A stretch of DNA of 64,000 bases from Polyangiaceae bacterium (lineage in GTDB: Bacteria; Myxococcota_A; Polyangia; Polyangiales; Polyangiaceae). The stretch is from the NCBI GenBank assembly GCA_033763455.1, contig JANRKO010000019.1, forward strand, positions 160,001 to 224,000, in the 5' to 3' direction. Positions 48,524 through 59,600 of this stretch are shown here, in pieces. Below the pieces are notes generated by a model. That model was not told the origin of the DNA. It did not search any database and worked only from the letters and a program-made list of their open reading frames with translations. The position numbers and the translations under genes are program-made. Each line of letters opens with the position of its first letter. The first letter of the stretch is position 1.

Positions 48524-48894
48524 GGCTGTTGCTCGACACACATGCATTTCTATGGTGGTGGGTCGATGATGATCGGTTGCTACCTAAAACACGAGCCCTC
48601 ATCAGTCACGCCGATGAAGTGTTCGTCAGTGCTGCTTCAACGTGGGAGATGGCGATAAAACTTAGGTTGGGCAAGCTGAAATTTCAGGGGCGGTTTGATG
48701 AAGCAGTTTCCACTTGCGGATTCACAGAGCTTCCTGTGCGTTCCGCCCATTCCGAATTGGTGAGGGCCTTGCCTCAGCATCATCGCGATCCTTTCGATCG
48801 TATGCTTATCTCGCAGGCGCTTCTTGAACGTTTAAGCTTGGTGAGTTGCGATGAAGCGATGAATGCCTATGACGTAGCCGTGGTGTGGGCCTAA
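48520..48894 (+). CDS. VapC / PIN-domain toxin
   Basis: LLLDTHAFLW, SAASTWE, HRDPFDRML; 4-bp overlap with the antitoxin. Confidence 0.93.
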   Translation: MRLLLDTHAFLWWWVDDDRLLPKTRALISHADEVFVSAASTWEMAIKLRLGKLKFQGRFDEAVSTCGFTELPVRSAHSELVRALPQHHRDPFDRMLISQALLERLSLVSCDEAMNAYDVAVVWA

Positions 48895-48912
48895 GGGGTC
48901 TGAGGCTAGTAC

Positions 48913-50019
48913 TTAGTTCTCTACTTTCACCCAGTCCTGGTTGTACTCGACCAGCATGTGGTAGCCGACGCGCGAGGAGACGGGGCCAACGAAAGTAATC
49001 GATTGACCTTTCTGCAGGCTGGGGTTGGGGCTAAGGAAATCGTAAAGGATGACGTCGCTGCGGCCCAGAGCCCAATAGGTCTGGCCATCAGTTGCTGCCA
49101 CACTGTCACCGAGTTGCGCCGAGACCCTCACCATCTGATAAAAGTTGATGTCCGTTATTTTGGCAGGTTCCCTGACGAGCACGCAGTTACCTTGGGAGCC
49201 AGATACAAAGCTCGACGCTGCGGTGATCTCACCAAGCCGGATGAAAGTGCTCACCTCCGTCGCCCTGAAACTGATACGCATGCCGGTGCGCACTTCGAAG
49301 TCCGGGCAGCAGCTGGGGCCCGCTGCCGGATCGAGCGCCACCTTCAGCATGGCGTGATCGTCGGCGATCCAGAAGGTCGTTCGGGACGCGGAAACTCCTG
49401 GCCCGGCTGTTGCTCCTGCGGTTGCCGTGACGATCGCTCCCTGAACGTTGACGTCTATGGCTTGCACTTGGTCGTTCAACGGATAGCTGGCGAGGATCGC
49501 GTCCAGGTTGGCATCGCCGTACGCAACGTTACTAGCATTCGTCGTGAAAATGCCGCCGTTTGGGGCGATTGACCCCGGACCAGTCAACTGCCCCACGAAG
49601 CCTGCGCCAGGTTCGCAATCCGCAGCTGTGGGCGCACCTCCGACCATCACGCTGCCGCCGTAGGATGCTTGGCCTCCCTGGGCGCTTGCACCACCCGCTC
49701 CCGCTCGATTACCACCGCCCGCAGCACCACCAATAGGCGAGCCGCCGACTCCCAATACCAGCTGGCCTCCCGCGCCCGCAGTACGGATACCGCCAAGCCC
49801 GACGAGACTCCCGGAGCCGCCAAGCCCGCCAAGGACCCCATTGCCGCCAAGCAGGGCGCTCGATGCGCCCGACGAACCAGGTGTTGATCCCGTCGAGAGC
49901 GACATCCCAGCTCCTCCGGTCTGTTGTGTGTTGCCACCGTGTTCTTTGCCGCAACCGCCGAACGCAAGGCCCGCCATACTAAAGTAAAGCACGAACCGCT
50001 GCCACCCCGGATACATCAT
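48913..50019 (-). CDS. Hypothetical lipoprotein with Gly-rich linker
   Basis: AFGGC lipobox, GG-rich linker, beta-rich C-terminal part. Confidence 0.7.
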   Translation of the reverse strand: MMYPGWQRFVLYFSMAGLAFGGCGKEHGGNTQQTGGAGMSLSTGSTPGSSGASSALLGGNGVLGGLGGSGSLVGLGGIRTAGAGGQLVLGVGGSPIGGAAGGGNRAGAGGASAQGGQASYGGSVMVGGAPTAADCEPGAGFVGQLTGPGSIAPNGGIFTTNASNVAYGDANLDAILASYPLNDQVQAIDVNVQGAIVTATAGATAGPGVSASRTTFWIADDHAMLKVALDPAAGPSCCPDFEVRTGMRISFRATEVSTFIRLGEITAASSFVSGSQGNCVLVREPAKITDINFYQMVRVSAQLGDSVAATDGQTYWALGRSDVILYDFLSPNPSLQKGQSITFVGPVSSRVGYHMLVEYNQDWVKVEN

Positions 50020-50261
50020 GGACCAAGGGTAGGCGGCGGGTGGATCGGACGCAAGCTCGGGGTGTGACTTGAGGGCTTTCCACTCGCACTCATGCCTCTG
50101 AACGGTATGCGTGCTCGCACTCTTCACCTTTTGAAGGCGGAAGCGGCCGCGCAACGCAAGGACTCGGTTACATCCGGCGCCCCCATTTTGAGCCAGCTTC
50201 GCGCCCAGGCAGCTCGCGCATTCTCGCGCAGTAAGAGGCACGCCTTGCGCAGAAGGTGACT

Positions 50262-50282
50262 CATATGTACACTGTACATATG
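50262..50282. promoter_or_regulatory. Perfect inverted repeat over the brnT start (putative BrnA operator)
   Basis: CATATGTACA-C-TGTACATATG. Confidence 0.75.
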
Positions 50283-50564
50283 TCTCTTCGCTTTGAGTGG
50301 GACGCCACCAAGGACACATCGAATCGACGCAAGCACGGCGTTTCATTTGAGGAGGCGAGAACGGTCTTCTACGACGATCACGCCCTGCTTCTAGATGACC
50401 CGGATCATTCCGAACAGGAAGCGCGGTTCATTCTGCTTGGGATGAGTTCGGCGCTCCGTCTGCTGCTCGTCTGCCACTGCTACCGAGGGGATGAGCGCTG
50501 CATTCGCATCATTTCAGCCCGAAAGTCAAATCGCCAAGAGCAACGACAGTACAACCCACGGTGA
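50280..50564 (+). CDS. brnT: BrnT family toxin
   Basis: FEWD..K...N..KHGVSFEEA, DPDHS..E.RF..LG, IRIISARK. Confidence 0.93.
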   Translation: MSLRFEWDATKDTSNRRKHGVSFEEARTVFYDDHALLLDDPDHSEQEARFILLGMSSALRLLLVCHCYRGDERCIRIISARKSNRQEQRQYNPR

Positions 50565-50791
50565 ATCCAATGAGAAATAACTACGACTTTTCAGGAGCCA
50601 GGAAGAATCCTTACGCTAAGCTGCTCAAGAAACCTGTCACTATCCGTCTCGACGAAGACACGGTCGGCTACTTTAAACAGCTAGCGGCGGAATCAGAGGT
50701 CCCTTATCAAACGCTAATAAACCTGTATTTACGCGACTGCGCTACATCAAAGAAGCGGCTGAAACTGACGTGGAAGGCGAGTGCCGTCTAA
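50561..50791 (+). CDS. brnA: BrnA family antitoxin
   Basis: YDFS..RKNPY, KKPVTIRLD, YQTLINLYL. Confidence 0.9.
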   Translation: MNPMRNNYDFSGARKNPYAKLLKKPVTIRLDEDTVGYFKQLAAESEVPYQTLINLYLRDCATSKKRLKLTWKASAV

Positions 50792-51234
50792 CTCCGTCGA
50801 TGAAAGCTTTGGGCGATGCGTGGAGAGCAACCGGGACAAAGCGAAACGGCGAGCCCCGCGCTTGTTCTCCGGCACACCTTCCATGCTCACCTTGCCATCT
50901 AAGCTGCGCCTATGCGATCTTCGTCGAAGACCGACACCGTTGGCGGAACACTGCAGTGAGGAGAATGGTGAGCGCTTCATCTGCAGAAAGCTTTTACGCG
51001 TAGAGCTGAACCGCAACTGTACCCCAGCTTCGCGGACCACTCTCGCGCCCTGCGTTAAGTATTTTGCATGCGAAGTACTTTTGCGCACACGCGAACCCCT
51101 CTCGCGCTACCGTTCATTTACTTTGCATGCCAAGTACTGAAACTAGGCATTCCAAACCACCTTAGTGACCAAGCCGGGATCACAACGGTAGACACATTGT
51201 ATCTTTGTGCCCCCCTGCGCCGTGGAGCGCGCCT

Positions 51235-51684
51235 TCAAGCTTGTGGCAGCGCGGCCAAGATGGAGCGCACGGGTTCAGGGATATCGATGCGCTTGAATGG
51301 ACCGAGCTCAACGAACGTATGTACCGATTGTGCGATCGCTAGAACTTGGTCGTTCATGGTGAGCTGAAAGGCTAGAGCCACTTCCGTTGGTTCTAGATGC
51401 GCGAGCACGATGCCAATGTTCACCGTGTCGCCAAACCGTAGAGGCTTGAAAAAGTCAGCCTCGGCGTGGCGAATAGGGGCAGCCCACTTGCGATCGCGCA
51501 GCACTTGGTCAAGCGGGTGGCCCCTCTCGGCGAGGAAATTTACGTATGCATCATGGCAATACTCAATGATGCGCGGGTAAAACACGATCCCCGCCGCGTC
51601 CACGTCCTGAAAACGCACACGCCGCAATTCAGAATATCCGGCGGGGAGAGGGCGTGAGAGAGCGGCTTTTTCGAAGCGGAACAT
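51235..51684 (-). CDS. 4HBT-family thioesterase (possible DHNA-CoA hydrolase)
   Basis: VRFQDVDAAGIVFY, CHDAY, PIRHAEADF.KPLRFGD; near the men genes. Confidence 0.8.
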   Translation of the reverse strand: MFRFEKAALSRPLPAGYSELRRVRFQDVDAAGIVFYPRIIEYCHDAYVNFLAERGHPLDQVLRDRKWAAPIRHAEADFFKPLRFGDTVNIGIVLAHLEPTEVALAFQLTMNDQVLAIAQSVHTFVELGPFKRIDIPEPVRSILAALPQA

Positions 51685-51780
51685 ACGTGCGTTTAGCCAG
51701 AGGTGAGGTTGCTGACACCGGAGTTGAATGCCAAGCAGGAAGCTACCAGGGCTCCCCCAACGGCGCTACACTCCTCCCCC

Positions 51781-52335
51781 ATGCAAAGAAGCCGAAACAC
51801 CCTAAATCCCGCTTTGGCCGCCGCCTGGCTCACCGCCGCTGCACTCTCCGGGATCGCTTGTGAACGCCGCACGCCGCCCACCCAAGAAGCACTGCCTTCG
51901 GCGACAAGTGCGGCCGTGGCAACGGCAGCCGTGGCCCCGAGCAAGGCCTACGGAGAAAAGATCACCGCGGGAGTTCGAGTACCCCTAGCTGAAGTATTAA
52001 ACGCGCCGCAAAGCTTCAGCGGAAAAACACTCATCGTGGAGGGCGATGTGCGCAAAGCGTGCTCGCGGAAGGGGTGTTGGATGGAGGTGGGAACCTCGGC
52101 GGAGCCTTCAGCTCCAGGGTGCCGGGTCACTTTCAAAGATTACGCGTTCTTCGTCCCCACGGATTCCGCAGGAGCCAAAGCGCGCCTCGCTGGCCACGTG
52201 GAGATCGAGAACATTACGCCAAGCTTCGTGAAACACCTCGAAGAAGAAGGCGCTCATTTCCCCAACAAGAATGCTGACGGCAGCGCCCAGTCTGTAACGT
52301 TCGTGGCAAGTGGGGTCGAGCTCACCAAAAGCTAG
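51781..52335 (+). CDS. DUF4920-like lipoprotein
   Basis: GIAC lipobox, CSRKGCWM, VTFKDYAFFVP.D, FVASGV. Confidence 0.8.
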   Translation: MQRSRNTLNPALAAAWLTAAALSGIACERRTPPTQEALPSATSAAVATAAVAPSKAYGEKITAGVRVPLAEVLNAPQSFSGKTLIVEGDVRKACSRKGCWMEVGTSAEPSAPGCRVTFKDYAFFVPTDSAGAKARLAGHVEIENITPSFVKHLEEEGAHFPNKNADGSAQSVTFVASGVELTKS

Positions 52336-52339
52336 CTAG

Positions 52340-53644
52340 TTACGCGGCCTGTTTGGCCGGGCGCAAAGCAACCCACAAAAGCCGCAGCACGTGGCCGCCC
52401 AACAGGATGACAACGCCTGTGGCCCACACATCGAGCGGCAACATGACGATCAAACCAACAGAGGCGAGCAGCGCCAAGCCCGGCACGAACTTCGGCGCCA
52501 AGCGGTCTTTCTCGTCCAACTTCAGAGCCGCTAGATTGGTGAAGGCAGCACATACAAGCGTAGAGAAGGCCGCGAAATTCCAGCATGTGCGCAGATCGAG
52601 GAACACTGCGAGACCACCGATAGCGAGCCCCAAGAGCACCGTGGCGACATACGGCGTCTCCCCGGAATCCACCTTGGTGAGCACGCCTGGGAGATCCTCA
52701 CGGGCTCCCATGGCTTGTGCCAACCGCGCACCGCCAACGATCAAATTGAGCAGCACACCGAGCATTGCCAACACTCCGCCGGCGCTCACCGCTTGACCGA
52801 CCCAGCGAGAATTGTACCGATCCGAAAGAGCAGCAAGTGGAGAGAGCGTCTTTTCGGTCTGCTCGGCCAAGGTTGGGTAACCGACGACCGCTATCGCCAC
52901 CGCAACCACTACGACATAGAGCACCAACGCGACGCCGACCGAAATCAAGGTCGCCGCGAGCCGTGTTCCACGCGAATCGCTAGTGGCGCCTTCCGACTTC
53001 GATACCTGGCTAAATCCCATAAACGCTGGAAATAATAGCGCAGCCGCGGTTAACATGGCTTCGGCTGGCGAACTCTTCCCGACGCTTACCAATGCCAAAT
53101 TCTGTGCCGCGCCGCCGGCGGTACGGGAGACCATCATCGCCACAAACAACAGCAGGCCCGCCAACGCGCCCACGGTAAGGATGATGTTAACGACATTGCC
53201 GCGCCGAAAGCCGCTTAACACCAACAGGGATATCCCGGCGATAGCTCCTACGGCGATGGTCATTGCCGAGCCGGGCTCGCCACGACGTAAAAGCTCCATC
53301 ACGTAAGCGGAATACCCCAAAGCTGCAGCCGCTCCGGCGGTGGCCATAGCCACCAAGCCAGCCCACCCCGCCGTGAAACCCAACCCCGCGTTCAGGTACT
53401 TGTAGCCGAAATCATAAGCACCCACAGCCGAAGGTTCAGCCGAACCAAGCGCGACCCGGCTCACGCCTGTGCCGCATGCAACCAGCGCTGCCAGGCACAA
53501 GCCAAACAATACCCATGGGCCGGCAACATCAGCACCAAATCCAAGGGCAACGAAGGCCCCCGTTCCAACCATGGCCCCCGTTCCGAGAAGTAGGCCACTA
53601 CCGATACCAGGCTTGCGTTCAGGTTGTGTTTCCACGAGGAGCAA
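52340..53644 (-). CDS. APC family amino acid permease
   Basis: GAMVGTGAF, GFTAGW, many TM helices, AMG...DLP. Confidence 0.85.
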   Translation of the reverse strand: MLLVETQPERKPGIGSGLLLGTGAMVGTGAFVALGFGADVAGPWVLFGLCLAALVACGTGVSRVALGSAEPSAVGAYDFGYKYLNAGLGFTAGWAGLVAMATAGAAAALGYSAYVMELLRRGEPGSAMTIAVGAIAGISLLVLSGFRRGNVVNIILTVGALAGLLLFVAMMVSRTAGGAAQNLALVSVGKSSPAEAMLTAAALLFPAFMGFSQVSKSEGATSDSRGTRLAATLISVGVALVLYVVVVAVAIAVVGYPTLAEQTEKTLSPLAALSDRYNSRWVGQAVSAGGVLAMLGVLLNLIVGGARLAQAMGAREDLPGVLTKVDSGETPYVATVLLGLAIGGLAVFLDLRTCWNFAAFSTLVCAAFTNLAALKLDEKDRLAPKFVPGLALLASVGLIVMLPLDVWATGVVILLGGHVLRLLWVALRPAKQAA

Positions 53645-53693
53645 TTAGCCCCCTGGCTGGAAGAAAGGCAAGTGCCGTGAAGTCGCCTGGGCG

Positions 53694-56600
53694 TCAGACG
53701 GTTTCGAGCTGAGCCAAGAATTCCTGGGCACCTGCAAGATCGGGGTTTTCGGTGAGGGCTTTGGCGACCAGAACCTTCGCGCGCCTGGGATCGCCCTGCC
53801 GCTGGGCCAATACAGCAAGGTGAAAGTGTGCTTCTCCCTTAACGACCTGGGAAACGCCCTCTTCCTCTTCGGTGCCGGTGCGCATCATGGCTACGGTCCG
53901 GAACGCTCGCGTGGCCAGTTCGTCGTCGTGGTGATCCAATGCCAGAAGGCCTAATTCCATGGCGATTTCGTAGTTCTTGAGGTCCATCTCAAACGCTTGC
54001 GTCATGGCGCTTAAGGCTTCTCTTGGTTCTTCCTGCAAAAGCAAAATGCGCGCGCGTTCGCGATGGACATTGGCGAGAACCTTGGCGCGACGACCACGGT
54101 AGCTTTCGATCAAGGTCGTGAGCACGTTATCAGCCGCCACCAGATCGCCGCCTACTGCGTGTGCTCGCGCCAACAGCACCAGCCCGGGCACGCTCTCTGG
54201 ACTCAACTCCTGCGCTTCCTTTAAGACCGAAAGCGCGCGCCCAAGATCCCCTTCTGGCTCCAAGAGATGTTCCACCGCCCGGTACATCAGGTTCAGTCGA
54301 GTGGATACGTCAGCGGCAGAAGCAGCATCGCGCAGCAGAAGTTCGCCCAATTCAGCGTGCGCATGAGTTTCTGCGTACACGCGGTAGAGGTTTTCCCTAA
54401 GGAGTTCATTATTTGGTGCGGCAGCACACGCGCGCTCAAGTGCACCCCGTGCATCTTCAATGCGCCCGGCTTTCTTGCACACCTGAGCAAGCCTCAGGGC
54501 CGTTTGTGTGAGGGCTTCGCCCTCTTCCAGCGTTACTAACTTGCGATAGGCAGCCCCCGCCTGGACGAAGTTACCGGCCTCCTCTTCGAGCTCCGCGAGC
54601 TTACGGAGAGCACCTTTGTCTTTGGGAGATTCTTTCACCAATTCAGCTAGCCAAAGGCCCGCCGTTTCACGCTCACCGCGCGCCAATAGTAGATCGATCC
54701 AACGCAAGAGCAGCGCCGGACGGGTCTCAGCGGTTGCTCGCCCTACAGCGAGCTCTAAAGTTGAGGCGAGCTCATCGCCGTAGGTGCCCGTGAGAGCATT
54801 GGCCCGATCCAAGTCATCGAGCGCATCCAGGTCGCGAGACATCGAACGCAAGATGTTAGCGCGCAGCACCAACCATTCGGACCGCTGTGGGGAAGCTGAG
54901 ATCAGCGGTTCGAGTAGGTTGAGCGCTGCTTCGGGCTGGCCGGCGGCCTGGTAGGCGTCCACGAGTTGGTGAAGGAGGGCTTCGTCGTCGGGGCGTTCTT
55001 GGAACGCACGACCGAGCACTCGGACCATCGCGGAGGCGTTTCCGCGGCGGCGATGGGACTCCACGAGATCGGCGAGGATACGCGAACTCATGGGGCAGGC
55101 TTCGAACCCAAGCTCTAAAGCCTCCAGCGCTAGCTCATCTTCTCCGCGTTCAATTCGCAGCGTATGCAGCTGTTCGCACAAAGCTTCCGCTCTGGGTCCC
55201 CGCTCACTCTTCAACAAGCCCTCTAATGCCTCAGCCATTAACCCAGTATTGCCGTGTGTAGTCGAGAGCCGAAGCACAGCGCCAAGGGCCGGTGCGCTGC
55301 TCTTGTCGAAGTCCAACACGGTTTGGTAAGCGAGCAGGGCATCGGTCGGACGTGCTTGACGCTCTAAGAGGTCCCCGAGACGCATAGATAGTGATAGAAT
55401 TGAGGTTAGGTGCGCGCGCCGCTTGGCGCCTTCGAGTTGGAGGTTCAGAAGCTCGGTGAGCTCGTCCAAGCGCCCTAGCTTCTCCAGCACTTTGGAGAGC
55501 AGGAGCGCCGCGTCCACTTGGCGCGAATCTTCGGACAACACTTGCTTGAGGCCAGCGATGGCTTCTTCTTCGCGCCCAGGCTCGGAAAGCAGTACATTCG
55601 CCTCCTCAAGCCTCAACCGAGCGCGATCTTCTTGGGTTGTTGCCAAAGGTATCGTAGCCGAAAGCAAGGTCACAAGCTTCTCGGTGTTGCCGAGCGTTCG
55701 GTAGGCCGAAAGTAGAGGTTCCCAAACCTCCCTATCTTGAGGATTGGCTTGGCGAAGGATCTCATAGTTTCGCACAGCGCGCTCAAGATCATTGGCGGCT
55801 ACCGCGGCTTCGGCAACGGCTCGACGGAGCTTCGGCGCACGCTCCGCGTCTTGAAAAGGGATGGCCTTCTCGCGCAACACGAGCGCTTCGTGGGTACGCC
55901 CCGAGGCCTCGCAGATCTTCGCCAATCGCAACATGGCAAACCCGACAAATTCTGGCTTTAGCACGCGCGTATCAACGCTGAGCGCGGTCCTTAGGATGGC
56001 TTCGGCTTGTGCGGCATCATTACACTGAATAGCGAGCTTGTAGGCCTCGCGGGCGGCCTCTTCGTTCTCCGGTTCGAAGCGCACGATGGTGTGAAGTGCC
56101 GCAAGGCGAGTTGGCGGGTCATTGAGAGTTTTGGTGAGGCGCTCAATGATGCGAGCCGAGCCGAGATCGGTCGCCCCAAGGTTATGCGTTCTCTTAAGGA
56201 TCTCGATGGCACGAACAGGGTCAAAGGTGAGGCTCAGCGCCTTCTCAAGCAACTCAAGCCCGCTTGGAACAGAGCCTTTTTCACTGAGCTTCAACTCGGC
56301 TAGGCGGTAGAAAGGCTCTGCATCCAAAGCCACCTCGCCCGATGCCAAAGCGGCCCGCACTCTGCGTTCCAGGATCCTCGATTCCGCGTCCGAATCTCCG
56401 AATGCCTCAAACGCTCGACCTAGGGCTGACCAAGCGCCAAAATCATTCGGCGTGTTGCGTTCTAGCTGCTCCTGAAGCGTTAACGCGCGGCGAGTAAGCT
56501 CCGGCAAAGCCGCTTCAAGTTGCCCAGGCGTTTCTCGCAGCAGTTCAGCGAGCTGTGCAAGGGCCGTAATGGCATCCAGAGGAGAGTTCGAGCGTTCCAA

Positions 56601-59600
56601 GGTTGAGCGGAGCGCCCGCACTAGTAGTTGGCGCTGACCTCGTTGTTGAAGCGCCCTTTCAAGAGCTTTGGCCTCGCGCGGATCTTCGGCGGCGGCCTCG
56701 AACGCTGATTCAACGAACTCCTGAGCGCGTGTGGCATCTTCCCTTTGTTCGGCGATAGCAGCTAGATCGAGCAAGCTTTCCACGCGTGTTGGGCTATTGG
56801 GCCCTGTTTCTCTCCCAATGATGAGCAAGAGCCCGCGGTATTGGCGCTCGGCGCGCTCAAGCTGCCCTTCTTCAAATGCCAATCGAGCGAGCGCGTACAG
56901 AACTTCTGGGTGTGCCGGGTCGATCTTAGAGGCCTTATCGAGCTCCCCGAGCGCCTCTGCGCGTTGCCCCCGAGCGAGGCTCACTTTGGCGAGCTGATAG
57001 TGCACCAATGCGCGTTCTTTGGGCCGCCGCGCTCCGTAGCGTTCAATTTGCTCCCGCAGCACTTCCATGGCTGCATCGAAACGCTCCGCGCGCAAGAGCG
57101 CATCCGAAAGCGACAACCGAAGCCTGTAGTCATCAGGCTCTAGCGCCAATGCCTGCTCAAGCAGCGGTACGGCTTCACCCGGTCGCTGGCGTTCTTCGAC
57201 GTGCAAGCGGGCAGCCTCCGTGAGGCACTGCAAGCGAACCGCTGGCTTTTCTGCGCGTTCAGCCTCCTCCGAAAGGAGCACTGCCAACCGATCCCAGTCT
57301 TTGTCTTCGCGATAAAGCTCTGCGAGCCGAGTCCGAACCTCGCCCGCATCGATGGCTCGACTTCCCGCCTGCTCAAGGCGTGCGCGTGCGTCACGCCGCC
57401 GATTGCATGAGACGTAAGCGTTGGCCAGCGCGAGCGCCCGCCCCGCGAGAGTTTCCCTCGGCGACTGGGCACAGAGCCACTCCAACACCTGTGCCGCTTG
57501 AGCGTGCTCTCCCTGTTGGGTGTAGATCCGTGAAAGTGCCACGAGGCTACTTTCACCCCCGAGCGCAGCCCCTCGCCGATAGTTGGCGATGGCGCGGTCA
57601 ACGTCTGTAAGCTTGTGTTCGGCCAGTTCGCCGGCGCGCGCCCAGAGCAAGGCAGCTCCAGCGCGATCGAGAACGCGCTCCTTGCACTCGGCTTGCTGCT
57701 CCCAGAGGCTGGTAACCTCCGTGTCCAAACCTTGCGCAGCAAGCAAGGCTGCCAACCTGGAAACCGAGGCGGCAGCCACCTCGTCCGCCGGATCCTCGGC
57801 GAAAAGCTCCCGGAGAAGCTGAGTGGCGGCCTTGGGGTCGGAAAGCCTGTCTGAATACAAACACGCCGCCTCCTGCTTGAGTTGGCGCTTGCGGCTTGCC
57901 AAAAACGGTAACTTCGATCCCCGAAGTAGAAGGTCCACAACGTACGTGTGATTACCCTCCTCAAGACCTCGCTCGCGCAGTTCTTCGATCGCTCGGTCTA
58001 CGGTCCGTGCCGGGGCACTTTGAGCGTCGCCCTCTTCTAGGGTCCATGCCGACATCGCCAACTGCATCAGCTTCTCAAGAAGCGTTCGCGTAAGCTCTCT
58101 ATCGGCTCGACTCGCACCGGCAACCTCACGTGCCGTTTGCCAATCGTGGCCTTGCACAAAGGCTTCAATCGCGCGTTCTGGCTCCAACGTACGCTCATTG
58201 TGGATAGCGCCAAGGTGGCGATAGAGCTCTGCTTTTCGCGACGCCTCAGCTTCCCCTTCGGCTTCGCTGCGCACCAGCTCCGCAAGGTCTCGGTATTGAC
58301 CCTGGGCGGACAAGAGGGCGTGCAAAGCTCTGTAGTTCTCAGCGTCGCGGCCATGATCAGCACGCACCCTTCGCCAGGTGGCAATGGCACTAGCTGCGTC
58401 ATCACACTTCTCGGCGTAAATCCGAGCCACCCAAATGGCGTCTCGCTTGGCCGCCGCGGCGCTCTCCGGAGCCAGAATTCTTGCGCCCAAGGCTTCGATG
58501 AGCTCTCGGTGCCTCGGAGTCGCCGCAAGTGCTTCCACCAAACCATCTTGCGCCACTCGATCTTTGGGACCGAGCGCCAAACGCCGTCTCCAGTTATCTA
58601 CTGCCCGATCTGGATCCGAAAGCACATCCATCGCCAGACGTGCCGCCACACCGAGCGCTGCCACCTTGCGATCTGCCTCCACTTCCAACGCCGCAAGCTT
58701 CTCCAGAACCATACAACGTTCTTCGAAACGGCCCTCCGCCTCCAACATCGCATCCAGCTCTCTAGCCGCAAGGAGTGCAGCTTTCGGCTCAGCCTCCGCC
58801 TGTGCCAACACTTCGAAGTACAGCTCAATCGCTAGCGGCCGTTGCCCCAATTTTTCGTAGGCACACCGCGCCGCCATAGAAAGGTGCACCACAGCTAGCG
58901 CGTGGTCCGTTTCTCTTCGCCCGACCTCGACATGAACGCTCACCTGGGCTTCAAAAGAACCCAAACGTTCCGCAAGCTTGGCAAAAAGTGCCCGTAGCTC
59001 TGCGTCTTCGGGACACTTCCGTACGAGCTCAGCAACGTTCTCGAAAGCCCCCTGAGCGTCATCCAGACGCTCAAGGCGCACCTCGACGAGGCGCCTTAGG
59101 CGCTGAACACGCAGGGGGATCGACTCCGCTGTGTCCACAAGAACTTCGAGCATTTCCACTACGCGCTGATCTTGCTTCTGCGCATCGTAATGGGTCGAAA
59201 GAAGCTCGGCGCAGCGCTCTTTTACAGCGCGAGGGTCGGCCGGAGCATCTTTATCCGTTCCGCTCGAAACACCGGTAGCGGCACCAGTGCCTCCAGGTGC
59301 GGCGGGAGACAAGCCAACGAGGCGCTCAAGGAGCGCATAGGCTTCGGGCTCGTTGGCGTCGGCCTCGATGATCTTCCGAATATATGCAAATGCCGGAAGG
59401 GGTTCGCCGAGATCCATGAACAAGCTGGCGATGCGAGCTCTCAGAATCTGAGCGAGTGCGGGGTCGGCAACTTCGAGGCGGTGCTCACAGAGGGCAATGA
59501 GTGGCCGCTGTTGATTATTTCTTTCATACAGGCGCTCCAACGCGAGTTCGACGCGGGCATCGCGAGGAATGAGCTCGTTCAACAATTCAAAGTAATAAAT

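Noticed and set aside
50784..51060. Integron attC site after brnA (GTCTAAC ... GTT)
   Set aside because: Candidate partner boxes pair poorly or lie too far away, and there is no integrase in the window
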